This document shows, one piece after another, positions 50,397-60,135 of a stretch of DNA of 64,000 nucleotides. The stretch spans positions 1 through 64,000 of IMG/VR virus record IMGVR_UViG_3300022700_000069; one strand, written 5' to 3'. The DNA comes from a virus. A program made the position numbers and the translations under genes. Every line of letters starts with the position of its first letter. Position 1 is the stretch's first letter. Under the pieces are notes generated by a model that was not told the DNA's origin, ran no database searches, and was given only the letters and a program-made list of their open reading frames with translations.

Positions 50397-51159
50397 CTTT
50401 TTCTTTTTTTAATTTATAATTAATTATTTTTTCAAATTTTTTATTACCGTTTAAATCGTTTATTTGAAGAATCTTATCATCAATTTCACCTGTTTTACCA
50501 TTTTTATTATAAGGTCTTTCAAGTTTAATTAATTTTTTTCCTTCAGGAATATCATTATTAATTATATCTGGATCAGTGGTTATTAAAATATCTATATCAT
50601 CCCACATTTCCTTATTATTTAAAACAAAATGATATTTTTTAAATCTACTAAATATTTTACTTAAGAAAAATAGTGTCGGTGGTACACTAAACCAATTTTC
50701 TTTTGATTTTAAAATAAAATCAACATGTTCTGAATATTTTAAATAAAATTTTTCAACATGTAAATCCATTTGTTTATACATAATTGGTGCTGAACCATGT
50801 ATTTCAAATACATAGTCTTCATACATAAATCTATTATATGTTTCTTTTGCAGTTAATTTTTCTTTTTCTTTTTTAAAAGCAAGATGATCAACAGGTGCTT
50901 CACCCGTTTTTTCATCAATTTGATAATCAAGTGGATTTATATCATCAGGGAGGTCTTCTTTAAGATATTTTATTTCTTCTACTTTATCTTCCCATTTATA
51001 TCCCTTAAAAAAATCATAAACATATGGTTCTTTTTCAGGTACACCATCTTCACCAAATTCTTCTACATAAAATTTATCAAATTGAAGCCATCTTGCTCTT
51101 AAAATTTCATTGATGTCTATACCAATTTTAAGTTTTTTATTTTTTTTCTGTTGTTTCAT
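50389..51159 (-). CDS. HAD-fold 5'(3')-nucleotidase-like protein with degenerate motif I
   Basis: KIGIDINEILR, TLFFLSK, DILIT, IKLERPYN. Confidence 0.55.
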   Translation of the reverse strand: MKQQKKNKKLKIGIDINEILRARWLQFDKFYVEEFGEDGVPEKEPYVYDFFKGYKWEDKVEEIKYLKEDLPDDINPLDYQIDEKTGEAPVDHLAFKKEKEKLTAKETYNRFMYEDYVFEIHGSAPIMYKQMDLHVEKFYLKYSEHVDFILKSKENWFSVPPTLFFLSKIFSRFKKYHFVLNNKEMWDDIDILITTDPDIINNDIPEGKKLIKLERPYNKNGKTGEIDDKILQINDLNGNKKFEKIINYKLKKEKDE

Positions 51160-51439
51160 TATTTTCCTTTATTTGTTTTATTTGATGTTCTAATTCTATA
51201 TGTAATTCGTTCATTAATTTAGTATGTTGTTTTATTAATTTATCATTTGTAATATATTTGGGGTTAATACATTCAATACGAGTATCATATGAATTAACTG
51301 GAATTGTAATAATTTCACTTTCAATTGTTAATGGTGATATTTGATTTGTAATTTTATGTACATAATCAGCAATATCTTCTGATCTAATACCAGCAACTCC
51401 GATATAAATTACTAATAATTTACTTTTCGTTTGACTCAT
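51137..51439 (-). CDS. Hypothetical protein
   Basis: Overlaps both neighbours. Confidence 0.6.
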   Translation of the reverse strand: MSQTKSKLLVIYIGVAGIRSEDIADYVHKITNQISPLTIESEIITIPVNSYDTRIECINPKYITNDKLIKQHTKLMNELHIELEHQIKQIKENNETTEKK

Positions 51440-52199
51440 AATATTCTAAAAATTTTTCTTCAATCATTGATACTAATGGGTTTCTAACATTAGTGTCTTC
51501 CATATTCATGTTAATAACACCAATTTTAGTTTCATTTTGAAATATATTTAATAATTTTTCAAGAGAACTTTCTTCTTTATTTTTCATATCAATTTGATTA
51601 ATATCACCAAGTAATATTAATTTACTATTATTTCCAATACGTGTAAGTAATGTTCGAGCATTATCCATAGTAATATTTTGTGTTTCATCAGCTATGATAA
51701 TACTATTATCTAAACTTACACCTCTCATATATGCAAGTGGAAATGGTTTTATAATATCAGTCTCAAGTAATTGATTTATTAAATTCTTTTTTATAATTTT
51801 TTCCATGTTAATAAAATAACTCCACATAAAAGGTTCCATCTTTTCTTTTAAATCACCCCTCAAAAATCCAAGTTCTTCACCTTTTAATGTTGTTACTGAT
51901 TTAACTAAATAAATTTTACTAAATTTATTTTTTAATTTTCTTAAAAGTGCTAATGCATATGCAACAGAAACAAAAGTTTTTCCAGTTCCAGCCGGACCAG
52001 CACATATTGTTATTTCATTATTACGAATTGAATTTATTAATTTTATTTGTTTATCATTTTTAGCTTTTACTGTTATATTATTAGGTATTATTTTTTCTAT
52101 TTCTTTTTTTATTGATTGAATATTTAAATCATTATTATATGATAAAATATTGTTAAAATCTTTTTCTTCAGTAAATTTTTTATTTTTATTTTTTCCCAT
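51420..52199 (-). CDS. phoH: PhoH family ATPase
   Basis: GPAGTGKT, LGFLRGDLKEKMEPF, PLAYMRG, IIADETQN, LLTRIG, GDINQID, VRNPLV. Confidence 0.95.
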   Translation of the reverse strand: MGKNKNKKFTEEKDFNNILSYNNDLNIQSIKKEIEKIIPNNITVKAKNDKQIKLINSIRNNEITICAGPAGTGKTFVSVAYALALLRKLKNKFSKIYLVKSVTTLKGEELGFLRGDLKEKMEPFMWSYFINMEKIIKKNLINQLLETDIIKPFPLAYMRGVSLDNSIIIADETQNITMDNARTLLTRIGNNSKLILLGDINQIDMKNKEESSLEKLLNIFQNETKIGVINMNMEDTNVRNPLVSMIEEKFLEYYESNEK

Positions 52200-52295
52200 A
52201 TTAAATAATTAATTAACTATTTACTTATACGATTTTTAAATAAAAATCTTGAATAAAAAATAAATTTTAAGTATTTATTATAAAAAATTATAATT

Positions 52296-53225
52296 ATGGA
52301 AAATAATGAAAATACAAATCAACCACAAAAAAAATCAATAAATGATGTGGTTAATGAATATAAACAAAATTCTAATAATAATAGTAGTAATACTGAAGAT
52401 AAAAACACTGCTAAATCAACATCAATACCAGATGCTGGATCATATAATCCAAATAATTATCAATCAGCAATGGAAAAAGAAACTGATCCGGATTTAATTA
52501 CAACACATGAAATTGTCCCACTTCCATCAAAAGGTTTATTATATGAACATAAAATTGATAAAGTTGAAGTTGAATATATGACAGCTAAAGATGAAGATTT
52601 ATTAACAACACCTTCATTAATTGAAAATGGGACTGTTTTAGATATTTTATTAAAAAGAAAAATAAAAACTAAAGGTATTAAAGTTAAAGAACTTTTACCC
52701 GGTGATAAAAATGCAATATTACTTTTTTTAAGAACATCATCATATGGTCTTGAATATCCTGTTGAAGTGCCTGATCCAAGAACTGGTACACCATTTAAAA
52801 CAACTGCTGATTTAAGTAAATTAAAATATAAAGAAATAAGTGAAAGTCCTGATGAAAATGGTCATTTTAATGTTTATATTCCAATGAGGAAAAAGAATGT
52901 TAAATTTAGATTATTAAGTTCGGGAGAAGATATTGAAATATTCAATAAAGCAGAAGAAATTAAAAAAGCATATAATAGAGAATTTAGTGAATATAATACA
53001 ATGAAATTAAAAGCATCAATAATTTCTATTGATGGTAATAGTGATAGAAATTATATTGAACGATTTATTAATGCTATACCAGCTAGAGATTCATTAACAA
53101 TTAGAAGAAAAATAAAAGATGTTTCACCTGATATTGATATGTCATATCCATTTATTGCTAAAGATGGTTTTAAATTTGAAGCTAATTTAACAATTGGTAT
53201 AGATTTTTTTTTCCCCGAAAGTTAG
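52296..53225 (+). CDS. Baseplate hub/tail assembly chaperone (T4 gp26-like)
   Basis: VPLPSKGLLY, YMTAKDEDLL, GDKNAILLFLRTSSYG, C-terminal IDFFFP; upstream of the tape measure. Confidence 0.72.
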   Translation: MENNENTNQPQKKSINDVVNEYKQNSNNNSSNTEDKNTAKSTSIPDAGSYNPNNYQSAMEKETDPDLITTHEIVPLPSKGLLYEHKIDKVEVEYMTAKDEDLLTTPSLIENGTVLDILLKRKIKTKGIKVKELLPGDKNAILLFLRTSSYGLEYPVEVPDPRTGTPFKTTADLSKLKYKEISESPDENGHFNVYIPMRKKNVKFRLLSSGEDIEIFNKAEEIKKAYNREFSEYNTMKLKASIISIDGNSDRNYIERFINAIPARDSLTIRRKIKDVSPDIDMSYPFIAKDGFKFEANLTIGIDFFFPES

Positions 53226-53431
53226 CGGGTGATTACAAAAAAATGGTTGATGAAGAAATTTATTATTTAACAAGACACGGTAAATTTGAAGCAACATATA
53301 TTGAAATAATTCCAATTTATAAAAGAAGATATTATTTACATTTATTAGAGAAAGAAGCCGAAAAACTAGAAGAAGAAGCAAATAAAAACAATAGTAATAC
53401 ATCAACACAACCATATAATATTCCACAATAA
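53204..53431 (+). CDS. gp51-like small chaperone; probable -1 frameshift extension of the upstream ORF (own ATG at 53243)
   Basis: -1 frame open from 53186 across a T9 run; EEIYYL..IEIIPIYKRRYYLHLL. Confidence 0.6.
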   Translation, partial: FFFPRKLAGDYKKMVDEEIYYLTRHGKFEATYIEIIPIYKRRYYLHLLEKEAEKLEEEANKNNSNTSTQPYNIPQ

Positions 53432-53453
53432 CCAAGATAAAATCTTGGTTATT
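53427..53453 (+). terminator. Hairpin after the chaperone genes, immediately followed by a late motif (53455)
   Basis: aataaccaagat-aaa-atcttggttatt. Confidence 0.7.
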
Positions 53454-53480
53454 TGTATTTATATAAAAGATTAAAATAAA

Positions 53481-56039
53481 ATGGCTGAAGATAGAAGAAA
53501 AAAAATTAAAGATATTAATGATTTAAACTCTGAAAGAATTGAAGAACTAAGAGAAATTAGTGCTCAATTAGAAAGAGAAATAAATAGTGGTGAAGCATTA
53601 TTTGATATTAGATTAAAAACATTAAAACAAGAAAAATATCTTCAAAAACAATATGAACTTCTTCAAGCATATCAAGAAGAAATTAATAATTTAAAACAAG
53701 AAGGTTATGAAGTAGATGAAAGTATCACCAATGATATTGAAAAACGAAATAAAATTTATAGTGATATTAATAGAAAACAAAATATATTTAATAAATCATT
53801 AAAAACATTAGATCGTTCAGTAAAAGAGGTTGCTGGTGGATTTGAATTGATTTGGGATTATTTAATGGAATCTGATAAAGCAATTCGTAATACTATTTTA
53901 AATCTTGGTTTAAGTGGTCAAAAAGCTGAATTAATGAGAGCATCTTTTGAAGGTTCTGCTCAATATGTGGCACGTTTAGGTGGTAATTTAGGTGATGTAC
54001 AAACAATAATGGAAACATATGCAAATGAAACTGGTCGTGCACGTATATTATCAGCAGAAATGGTTGAAGATGTATATAAAATTGGAAAGGGAACTGGTTT
54101 AGGTGTTGAACAAGGTGCTAAATTAGCTGCACAATTTGAATTTATGGGATTAAATGCTAAAGCAGCAATGGATTATACACAAGGAGTTGTTGAAACATCA
54201 GAATTGATGGGTGTAAATACAACAAAAGTAATGAATAACATTACTGATAATTTTAAAAGATTACAAACATATACATTTAAATCTGGTGTTAAAGGATTTG
54301 CAAAAATGGCTCAATATGCTGAAAAATTTAGAATTGATATGGGTTCAGCATTAGATGTTGCTGAAAGAGCAAGAAATCTTGAAAATGTTGTTGACATGAC
54401 TGCCCAATTACAAGTTATGGGAGGTGAATTTGCAAAAACAGACCCATTTCAAATGTTATATCAAGCACGTAATGCGCCAGAAGAATTTAGTAAAAATATT
54501 GCTAATATGACTAAAGGTCTTATTCAATTTAGAGAAACATCTGATGGTACATTTCAAAAATTTATATCACCAGCAGATCGTGATCGTGTTGCTCAAGTTG
54601 CTAAATCATTAGGTATGTCAACAGAAGAATTAACAGAACAAGCATATCGTATGGCTGATTTACAAAAAATGCGCCAACAAATGATTGGAATGGGATTATC
54701 TGATGCTGAAAAGGATTTAATAGAAGGAATGGCAGAATTTAATACACAAACAGGTAAATTTACAGTTCATATAGGAAATGCAACAAAAGATATAAATAAA
54801 TTAACAAAAAATGAATTAGAAATATTAAAAACAGAAAAATCATCATTAGATAAGAGAGCAAAACAAGCACAAACATTTGATGATGTATATAAAGCAACTA
54901 TTCAAGAATTTAAAGCAATATTATTACCAATGTTAAGAGGTGTAAATGATGTTCTTAAAACAATCAGACCATTTATTACTAAATTAGGTGATGTTATTAA
55001 AGAATGGGATATGAGTAGTTTTTTAAAAGGTGCTGGAATATTAGCGAGTAGTGCTTTATTATGGAAAGGAGTAAGTGCTGGTTTAAATCGTGCATCACAA
55101 GGTTTAATAAATGCTGGTAAAAATATTTTTGGTAAAAAAGGTGGTGGTGTTGGATCAACTGCTACCCAAACACTAGCTAAAGGTAAAGCTGCTGGTGCAC
55201 GTGCTGCAGGTAGAGGTACGGGTATGCTTAAGGGTGGTGTTGGTGTTGGTGCTGCTGGTCTTGGTATCGGTGCTGGTGTTGGGCTTGCTGCAGAAGGAAT
55301 TAGTTCACTTGCTGATGCTATGAGTAAACTAACTCCCGAACAAGGAGAAACATTAAAAAAAATTGTAAATTCATTAATGATATTTTCAGGTATTGCTGTT
55401 GCTTTAAGTGTTGGTGTAGCTGCTTTAGGTAGTACAGCAACTGCTGCAGCACCCGGTTTATTAGCATTTGGTGGTGCTGCTTTAATGGTTGGTGGTGCTG
55501 TTAATTTAGCAGCAAGAGGTATTGGAAAAATGGCAGAAGGTACTGGAAAAATGGCAGAAGGTTTTGCTACATTAATTGGTAGTGCTAAAGGTGCTGGTGA
55601 TTCATTATTTAAAATTGCTGGTGGTATTTCTGCAATTGCTGGTTCTGTTGCTTTAATGGGTGCTGGTGGTGTATTTGGATTACCAATGTTTGCAGCAACA
55701 CTTGGATTAATAACAAAAAAATCTGATGATCTTGAAAGAATTGGTGCTGCTTTTGGTAATATTAATGCTGTACTTAGAGGTAGTAAAGAAGATTTTGAAA
55801 GTGTAAAAAATGCTATAACAACAATATCAAAAGCTGATTTATCAAATTTAAAACAATTTAAAAATTTAAATAAAGTATTAAGTGGACCAATTAAAGTAGA
55901 ATTTGCTGATAAAGAAGTTGCATTAGTTAGTAATATTACATTAAATATGGACGGATATGAAATGACTCAAAGAATAGCAGAAAGAGTACCAATTGTACAA
56001 AAAGAAATGGCTAATGGTAAAGAATCTGGTAGATATTAA
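53481..56039 (+). CDS. Tape-measure-like protein
   Basis: 852 aa, helical, Gly/Ala-rich hydrophobic C-half; follows the chaperone pair. Confidence 0.75.
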   Translation: MAEDRRKKIKDINDLNSERIEELREISAQLEREINSGEALFDIRLKTLKQEKYLQKQYELLQAYQEEINNLKQEGYEVDESITNDIEKRNKIYSDINRKQNIFNKSLKTLDRSVKEVAGGFELIWDYLMESDKAIRNTILNLGLSGQKAELMRASFEGSAQYVARLGGNLGDVQTIMETYANETGRARILSAEMVEDVYKIGKGTGLGVEQGAKLAAQFEFMGLNAKAAMDYTQGVVETSELMGVNTTKVMNNITDNFKRLQTYTFKSGVKGFAKMAQYAEKFRIDMGSALDVAERARNLENVVDMTAQLQVMGGEFAKTDPFQMLYQARNAPEEFSKNIANMTKGLIQFRETSDGTFQKFISPADRDRVAQVAKSLGMSTEELTEQAYRMADLQKMRQQMIGMGLSDAEKDLIEGMAEFNTQTGKFTVHIGNATKDINKLTKNELEILKTEKSSLDKRAKQAQTFDDVYKATIQEFKAILLPMLRGVNDVLKTIRPFITKLGDVIKEWDMSSFLKGAGILASSALLWKGVSAGLNRASQGLINAGKNIFGKKGGGVGSTATQTLAKGKAAGARAAGRGTGMLKGGVGVGAAGLGIGAGVGLAAEGISSLADAMSKLTPEQGETLKKIVNSLMIFSGIAVALSVGVAALGSTATAAAPGLLAFGGAALMVGGAVNLAARGIGKMAEGTGKMAEGFATLIGSAKGAGDSLFKIAGGISAIAGSVALMGAGGVFGLPMFAATLGLITKKSDDLERIGAAFGNINAVLRGSKEDFESVKNAITTISKADLSNLKQFKNLNKVLSGPIKVEFADKEVALVSNITLNMDGYEMTQRIAERVPIVQKEMANGKESGRY

Positions 56040-56068
56040 AAAAAACAATTATTTTTTTTAAAAAAATA

Positions 56069-56120
56069 TTGATATTCTAAAAAATTTTTTGTAACTTTGC
56101 ACACAGCAATTTTAGCTTTG
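56069..56120 (+). promoter_or_regulatory. Tandem Bacteroidota-type promoters with no adjacent ORF
   Basis: TTG(56069)-N20-TAACTTTG(56092-56099) and TTTG(56088)-N21-TAGCTTTG(56113-56120). Confidence 0.55.
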
Positions 56121-56488
56121 CATAAAACAAAGTAAATATATATAAAAAAAAGTTTTTTTAAAAAAAAAGTTTTTTCAATTGCAAAAATTCCTGTTTTTTT
56201 ATCATTCTGATAAAAATCAAAGTCACAAATAATTTGTATTTAACTTGTACCAATTTAAATAAAATCATTTGATATTAAAGGGGCATATTATATCTAATTT
56301 TTTCTCCAAAAAAATTTTATACAAAAATAAAAATTTTTTAATGATTATTATTAATTTAAAATAATTTACCTTCAACAAGAATGATATGATATTTTTTTTT
56401 ATTCCCCCGTTAAAATTAAGACAGTTTATCCCAATGTAAAAGTACAATATTTAAAATTAATGTGCAAGTATTTATATAAAAAATATAA

Positions 56489-59400
56489 ATGGGAAGATTA
56501 AAAGATGCATTAAAACCGAGTAATATTTGGTCTGGAACTCAATTTTCAGGATTAAATGAAGATTTAAATGAAAATGATACACCACCTTCTCGTTTACTTA
56601 ATAATTCAAATGAATTAAGAAATTCATTAAAATCAAGAAATTTATATACTGAATTTACTCAATATCCATTACAACCTAATGATAGAGAAAGAATTGTAAA
56701 TGCTGTATCTGGAATTTTAAATGGTATTACACCATTTAATAGTACAAATTTAAATAATACTGCAATTGGTAGATTAATATCAACACCAACAACACCGTTA
56801 ACAGATATTGGTTTGCTCATGTTAGGTAAACAATTTACGCAAAATTTTAAATCAAATGCATTACAGCAACTTATTCCCAATATTAATTTAAAAAATGCAT
56901 TTGATGGAAATTCAGATACAAAATTATTTCAAGAAAATATAAATTTTAGTATAACAGAAAGAGAAGATGCTGGAAATTTTCAAAATTTTCTTGAAGATTT
57001 TTTTGGTTATAATCCAAATAGAGAAAACCCATTTAGAAAAAATGCATCAAATGCAGAATATATATTAAATACAGGTGTTGGTCAATTAGACTTTCTTTTT
57101 GGAAATAGTGCTAAAGATGATAGTGGTGGTTTAAATAAAAATATTTATAAACCATATAAAATAGAATATTTTAATGGTGCAGAACGTAGTGGAAATAATA
57201 TAGGAAGTAGAGAAAGTTCATTATCTGGTAAAGAATGGTTTAATTTTACTAATTATGATTTTTATAAATATTTACCAATAAATGTTGATTTTAATTCTGA
57301 ATCTCGTGCTAATTCAGAAATGAAAGATGGATATATTACAAGTACACCTGCTGAAGTTGAAGATTTAAGAAATCAAGAATATGCACCAGATTTAGATTAT
57401 ATTAATTCATATTTTGGGAGAACAAAAAATGCAAGATTATTTAATTTAGTTAATGATTTAGAAGAAAGACCTGAAACAGAATTTGATGATAATATAAAAA
57501 ATAGACTTGTTTGGGGTCGTGATGGTATATCAGCTAAAGCAAATGAAAGAATATCAAAATTAAGAGGTGTAAATGTCCCATCATTTGATTTACAAGATAC
57601 TAAATTTAATTATAATATATATACTGGTTTATTAGAATATACACGTAATTTATTAAATGTAAGTGAAGGTCAATTAGTTGATCAAACTAAAAAAATATAT
57701 AAAAATGGTGATAGTATTGATAGTGCTAATGGGTCTAAATTATGGAAAGCACCTGAATCATCATTAAATCGATTTGCAGGTAAGAAGGGTATTAGACAAC
57801 ATTCAATTTTAGATCAATATGATAGATTTGCAAAAGCAATTAGATTTGATGGTAATGAAGTATATGGTGGTAATGAAAATTCTGTTATACATAAATCAGT
57901 TTTACCTAAAATTCATCCAATATTAGATAATGAAGGTAATGTTGATAACACAAATTTGATGTTTTCACTTGAGAATCTTGCTGTTGTTGCAATTGATGGT
58001 GATGGTGAGTATGGTATTATTGATGATGAATATGGTACTCAAATACCAAGTTGTGAGGTCGGTCCGTTTAATGGTCGTATGATGTGGTTTCCACCATATG
58101 CAATTTCATTAAATGAAACAGCAAGTGCTAATTTTGAATCAACTGTAATGGTAGGTCGTAATGAACCAATATATACATATATGCATTCTGAAAGATCAGC
58201 AGTATTAACATTTACCATGCTTGCTGATTATCCAGAACAATTAAAAAATTATATAAAAAATGGTGAATATAAAGATATTGGTGAATTTTTTGCATTTGGT
58301 GGTCCTGAATTTGAACAACCAACATTTTTAAATAATTCAGAAGAAAAACAAAGAAAAAATGAAGAAGAAATAACAAAAATAGAAGGACCAAATAAGAAAA
58401 AGAAAACACCATTAAATTTAACATCATTTAATATATCATTTCCTAATGATATACCAGCAAAAAATAATATTAATTCTAGTGTTATTGATAAGTTATATCT
58501 TGATTATAGATATGAAATTATAGAAGATTTAAATAGTACTATTGGTACTTCAAATGGTTTAAATAGTGATATTTACATATTAAAAGGTGTTGATTTAGCT
58601 TCTGTACCACTAACATTTAATCCACCTGAAGGGTTTAGTCAATCAAACGCTGAATATGATGAAACAGAGAGACCCTTAGATGATACATTAAAAGATGCAT
58701 TTAGTGATCCTGAAAATGTTAATTTTTATGAAATTGATATTGTTGGAAGTGCAACAGCATTATATACACCAAGTATAAAAGATGATGAAGATGATGCTGA
58801 AGCATATAATAAATCAATTGGTTTAAGAAGAGCAAAAGTTGCAGAATCATTTATTAAAGCAAGAATAAAGAAAATATTTCCAGATACTGCTAGTGAAATA
58901 TTAGATGGTTTAAATTTTAATTTAAGATCAGAAGGTGCACCTAATCAAGAATATAATACTGTTGAATCCAAAAATGATTTGGGTGCAAAATTACAAAGAT
59001 CAGCAAAAATAGAAATTGTTGAACGTGAAACAACACCTGATCCTAAACAACAAAATACAACGTCAGATGAACAAAGAGACATAAATGAATTAAAAAAGGA
59101 AAATCAAGGGTTACAAAATGCAAAAAATGTTCAGGGAAAAAATTCAAAATCTGATTGCATAATGAATGAAAGAGAATCAAGTGATATTTCTGATAATGAT
59201 GATGGAATTATGGGGAATGGTAGATCACTATTAAAAAATAAATTTTATCCGGCATTTCATTCACAAACACCTGAAGATTTACATAAAAGATTAACATTTT
59301 TACAACAATGTGTGAGACAAGGTTCTGCTATTAGATCAACACCGGAAGTTGATGAAAATGGTATAAGACGTGTAAAAAATTCAGCATTTGGTCGTCAACC

Positions 59401-59818
59401 AGTTTGTATTTTAAGAATTGCAGATTTTTTTAATACAAAAGTGATTATTGAATCAGTTAATATTGATTATGATGATACTGTTTGGGATACAAATCCAGAA
59501 GGTTTTGGTATGCAACCGATGATTGCATATGTAACATTAAATATGAAAATTTTAGGTGGTCAATCACTTAAAGGACCAATTGATGCACTTCAGAATGCTG
59601 TATCATTTAATTATTATGCAAATTCAACATATACAAAGAATGGTTTATATAAAACACCAACAAAAGAAGCAGAAAAACAAGAAACATATATAAATGGTGT
59701 TTTAGATAAAAAATCACAAGATGCACAAGATGAATTTAATAATAAAACAACAGAGAGCTTTCTTGAAGATAAAACAAATAGAAATATATATAATTATAAT
59801 GAAGATGATAGATTTTAA
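56489..59818 (+). CDS. Baseplate tube-initiator-like protein (gp48/gp54-like) with inserted OmpA-like domain
   Basis: WFPPY..GRNEPIYTY..ERSAVLTF and PVCILRIADFFNTKVIIESVNIDYD..W..PMIAYVTL flank EIDIVGSAT..YNKSIGLRRAKVAESFI..QRSAKIEI. Confidence 0.6.
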   Translation: MGRLKDALKPSNIWSGTQFSGLNEDLNENDTPPSRLLNNSNELRNSLKSRNLYTEFTQYPLQPNDRERIVNAVSGILNGITPFNSTNLNNTAIGRLISTPTTPLTDIGLLMLGKQFTQNFKSNALQQLIPNINLKNAFDGNSDTKLFQENINFSITEREDAGNFQNFLEDFFGYNPNRENPFRKNASNAEYILNTGVGQLDFLFGNSAKDDSGGLNKNIYKPYKIEYFNGAERSGNNIGSRESSLSGKEWFNFTNYDFYKYLPINVDFNSESRANSEMKDGYITSTPAEVEDLRNQEYAPDLDYINSYFGRTKNARLFNLVNDLEERPETEFDDNIKNRLVWGRDGISAKANERISKLRGVNVPSFDLQDTKFNYNIYTGLLEYTRNLLNVSEGQLVDQTKKIYKNGDSIDSANGSKLWKAPESSLNRFAGKKGIRQHSILDQYDRFAKAIRFDGNEVYGGNENSVIHKSVLPKIHPILDNEGNVDNTNLMFSLENLAVVAIDGDGEYGIIDDEYGTQIPSCEVGPFNGRMMWFPPYAISLNETASANFESTVMVGRNEPIYTYMHSERSAVLTFTMLADYPEQLKNYIKNGEYKDIGEFFAFGGPEFEQPTFLNNSEEKQRKNEEEITKIEGPNKKKKTPLNLTSFNISFPNDIPAKNNINSSVIDKLYLDYRYEIIEDLNSTIGTSNGLNSDIYILKGVDLASVPLTFNPPEGFSQSNAEYDETERPLDDTLKDAFSDPENVNFYEIDIVGSATALYTPSIKDDEDDAEAYNKSIGLRRAKVAESFIKARIKKIFPDTASEILDGLNFNLRSEGAPNQEYNTVESKNDLGAKLQRSAKIEIVERETTPDPKQQNTTSDEQRDINELKKENQGLQNAKNVQGKNSKSDCIMNERESSDISDNDDGIMGNGRSLLKNKFYPAFHSQTPEDLHKRLTFLQQCVRQGSAIRSTPEVDENGIRRVKNSAFGRQPVCILRIADFFNTKVIIESVNIDYDDTVWDTNPEGFGMQPMIAYVTLNMKILGGQSLKGPIDALQNAVSFNYYANSTYTKNGLYKTPTKEAEKQETYINGVLDKKSQDAQDEFNNKTTESFLEDKTNRNIYNYNEDDRF

Positions 59819-59820
59819 TT

Positions 59821-60135
59821 ATGCCAAGAGAAGATTATAATAGATATGCAATATTAGAAAATGATGATGGTTCAGTGGATAGAATGCCATTTGTTAATAT
59901 TTCTGAGCGTGCTAGTGATAAATATGAATATTGGAATATAACTTTTAGTCGTATGGATAAATTAGCACAAAAATATTATGGAAATCCTTTTTATGATTTT
60001 ATTATATTATATGCAAATCCTGAATTTATTTCACAATTTGATATACCTGATGGTTCATTAATAAGAATACCATTCCCTCTTTCACAAGTAAAATCAGAGT
60101 ACGAGGCGAAATTGGAACAAATAAAAAATCAATAA
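59821..60135 (+). CDS. LysM-like baseplate wedge protein (gp53/gpX-like)
   Basis: RMDKLAQKYYGNP..IILYANP..IPDGSLIRIP. Confidence 0.8.
   Translation: MPREDYNRYAILENDDGSVDRMPFVNISERASDKYEYWNITFSRMDKLAQKYYGNPFYDFIILYANPEFISQFDIPDGSLIRIPFPLSQVKSEYEAKLEQIKNQ

Noticed and set aside
52227-52255. Second ECF-type promoter (CGTA) upstream of phoH
   Set aside because: The -10-like CGTA is present but there is no AAC-type -35 at the proper spacing.
53223-53270. TAG read-through of the chaperone gene
   Set aside because: The same frame closes after 14 codons; the protein-like continuation is in the -1 frame.
56265-56447. 60-aa minus-strand ORF in the large intergenic gap
   Set aside because: Non-ATG start, low-complexity F/I/K/L composition, no supporting promoter; likely chance.
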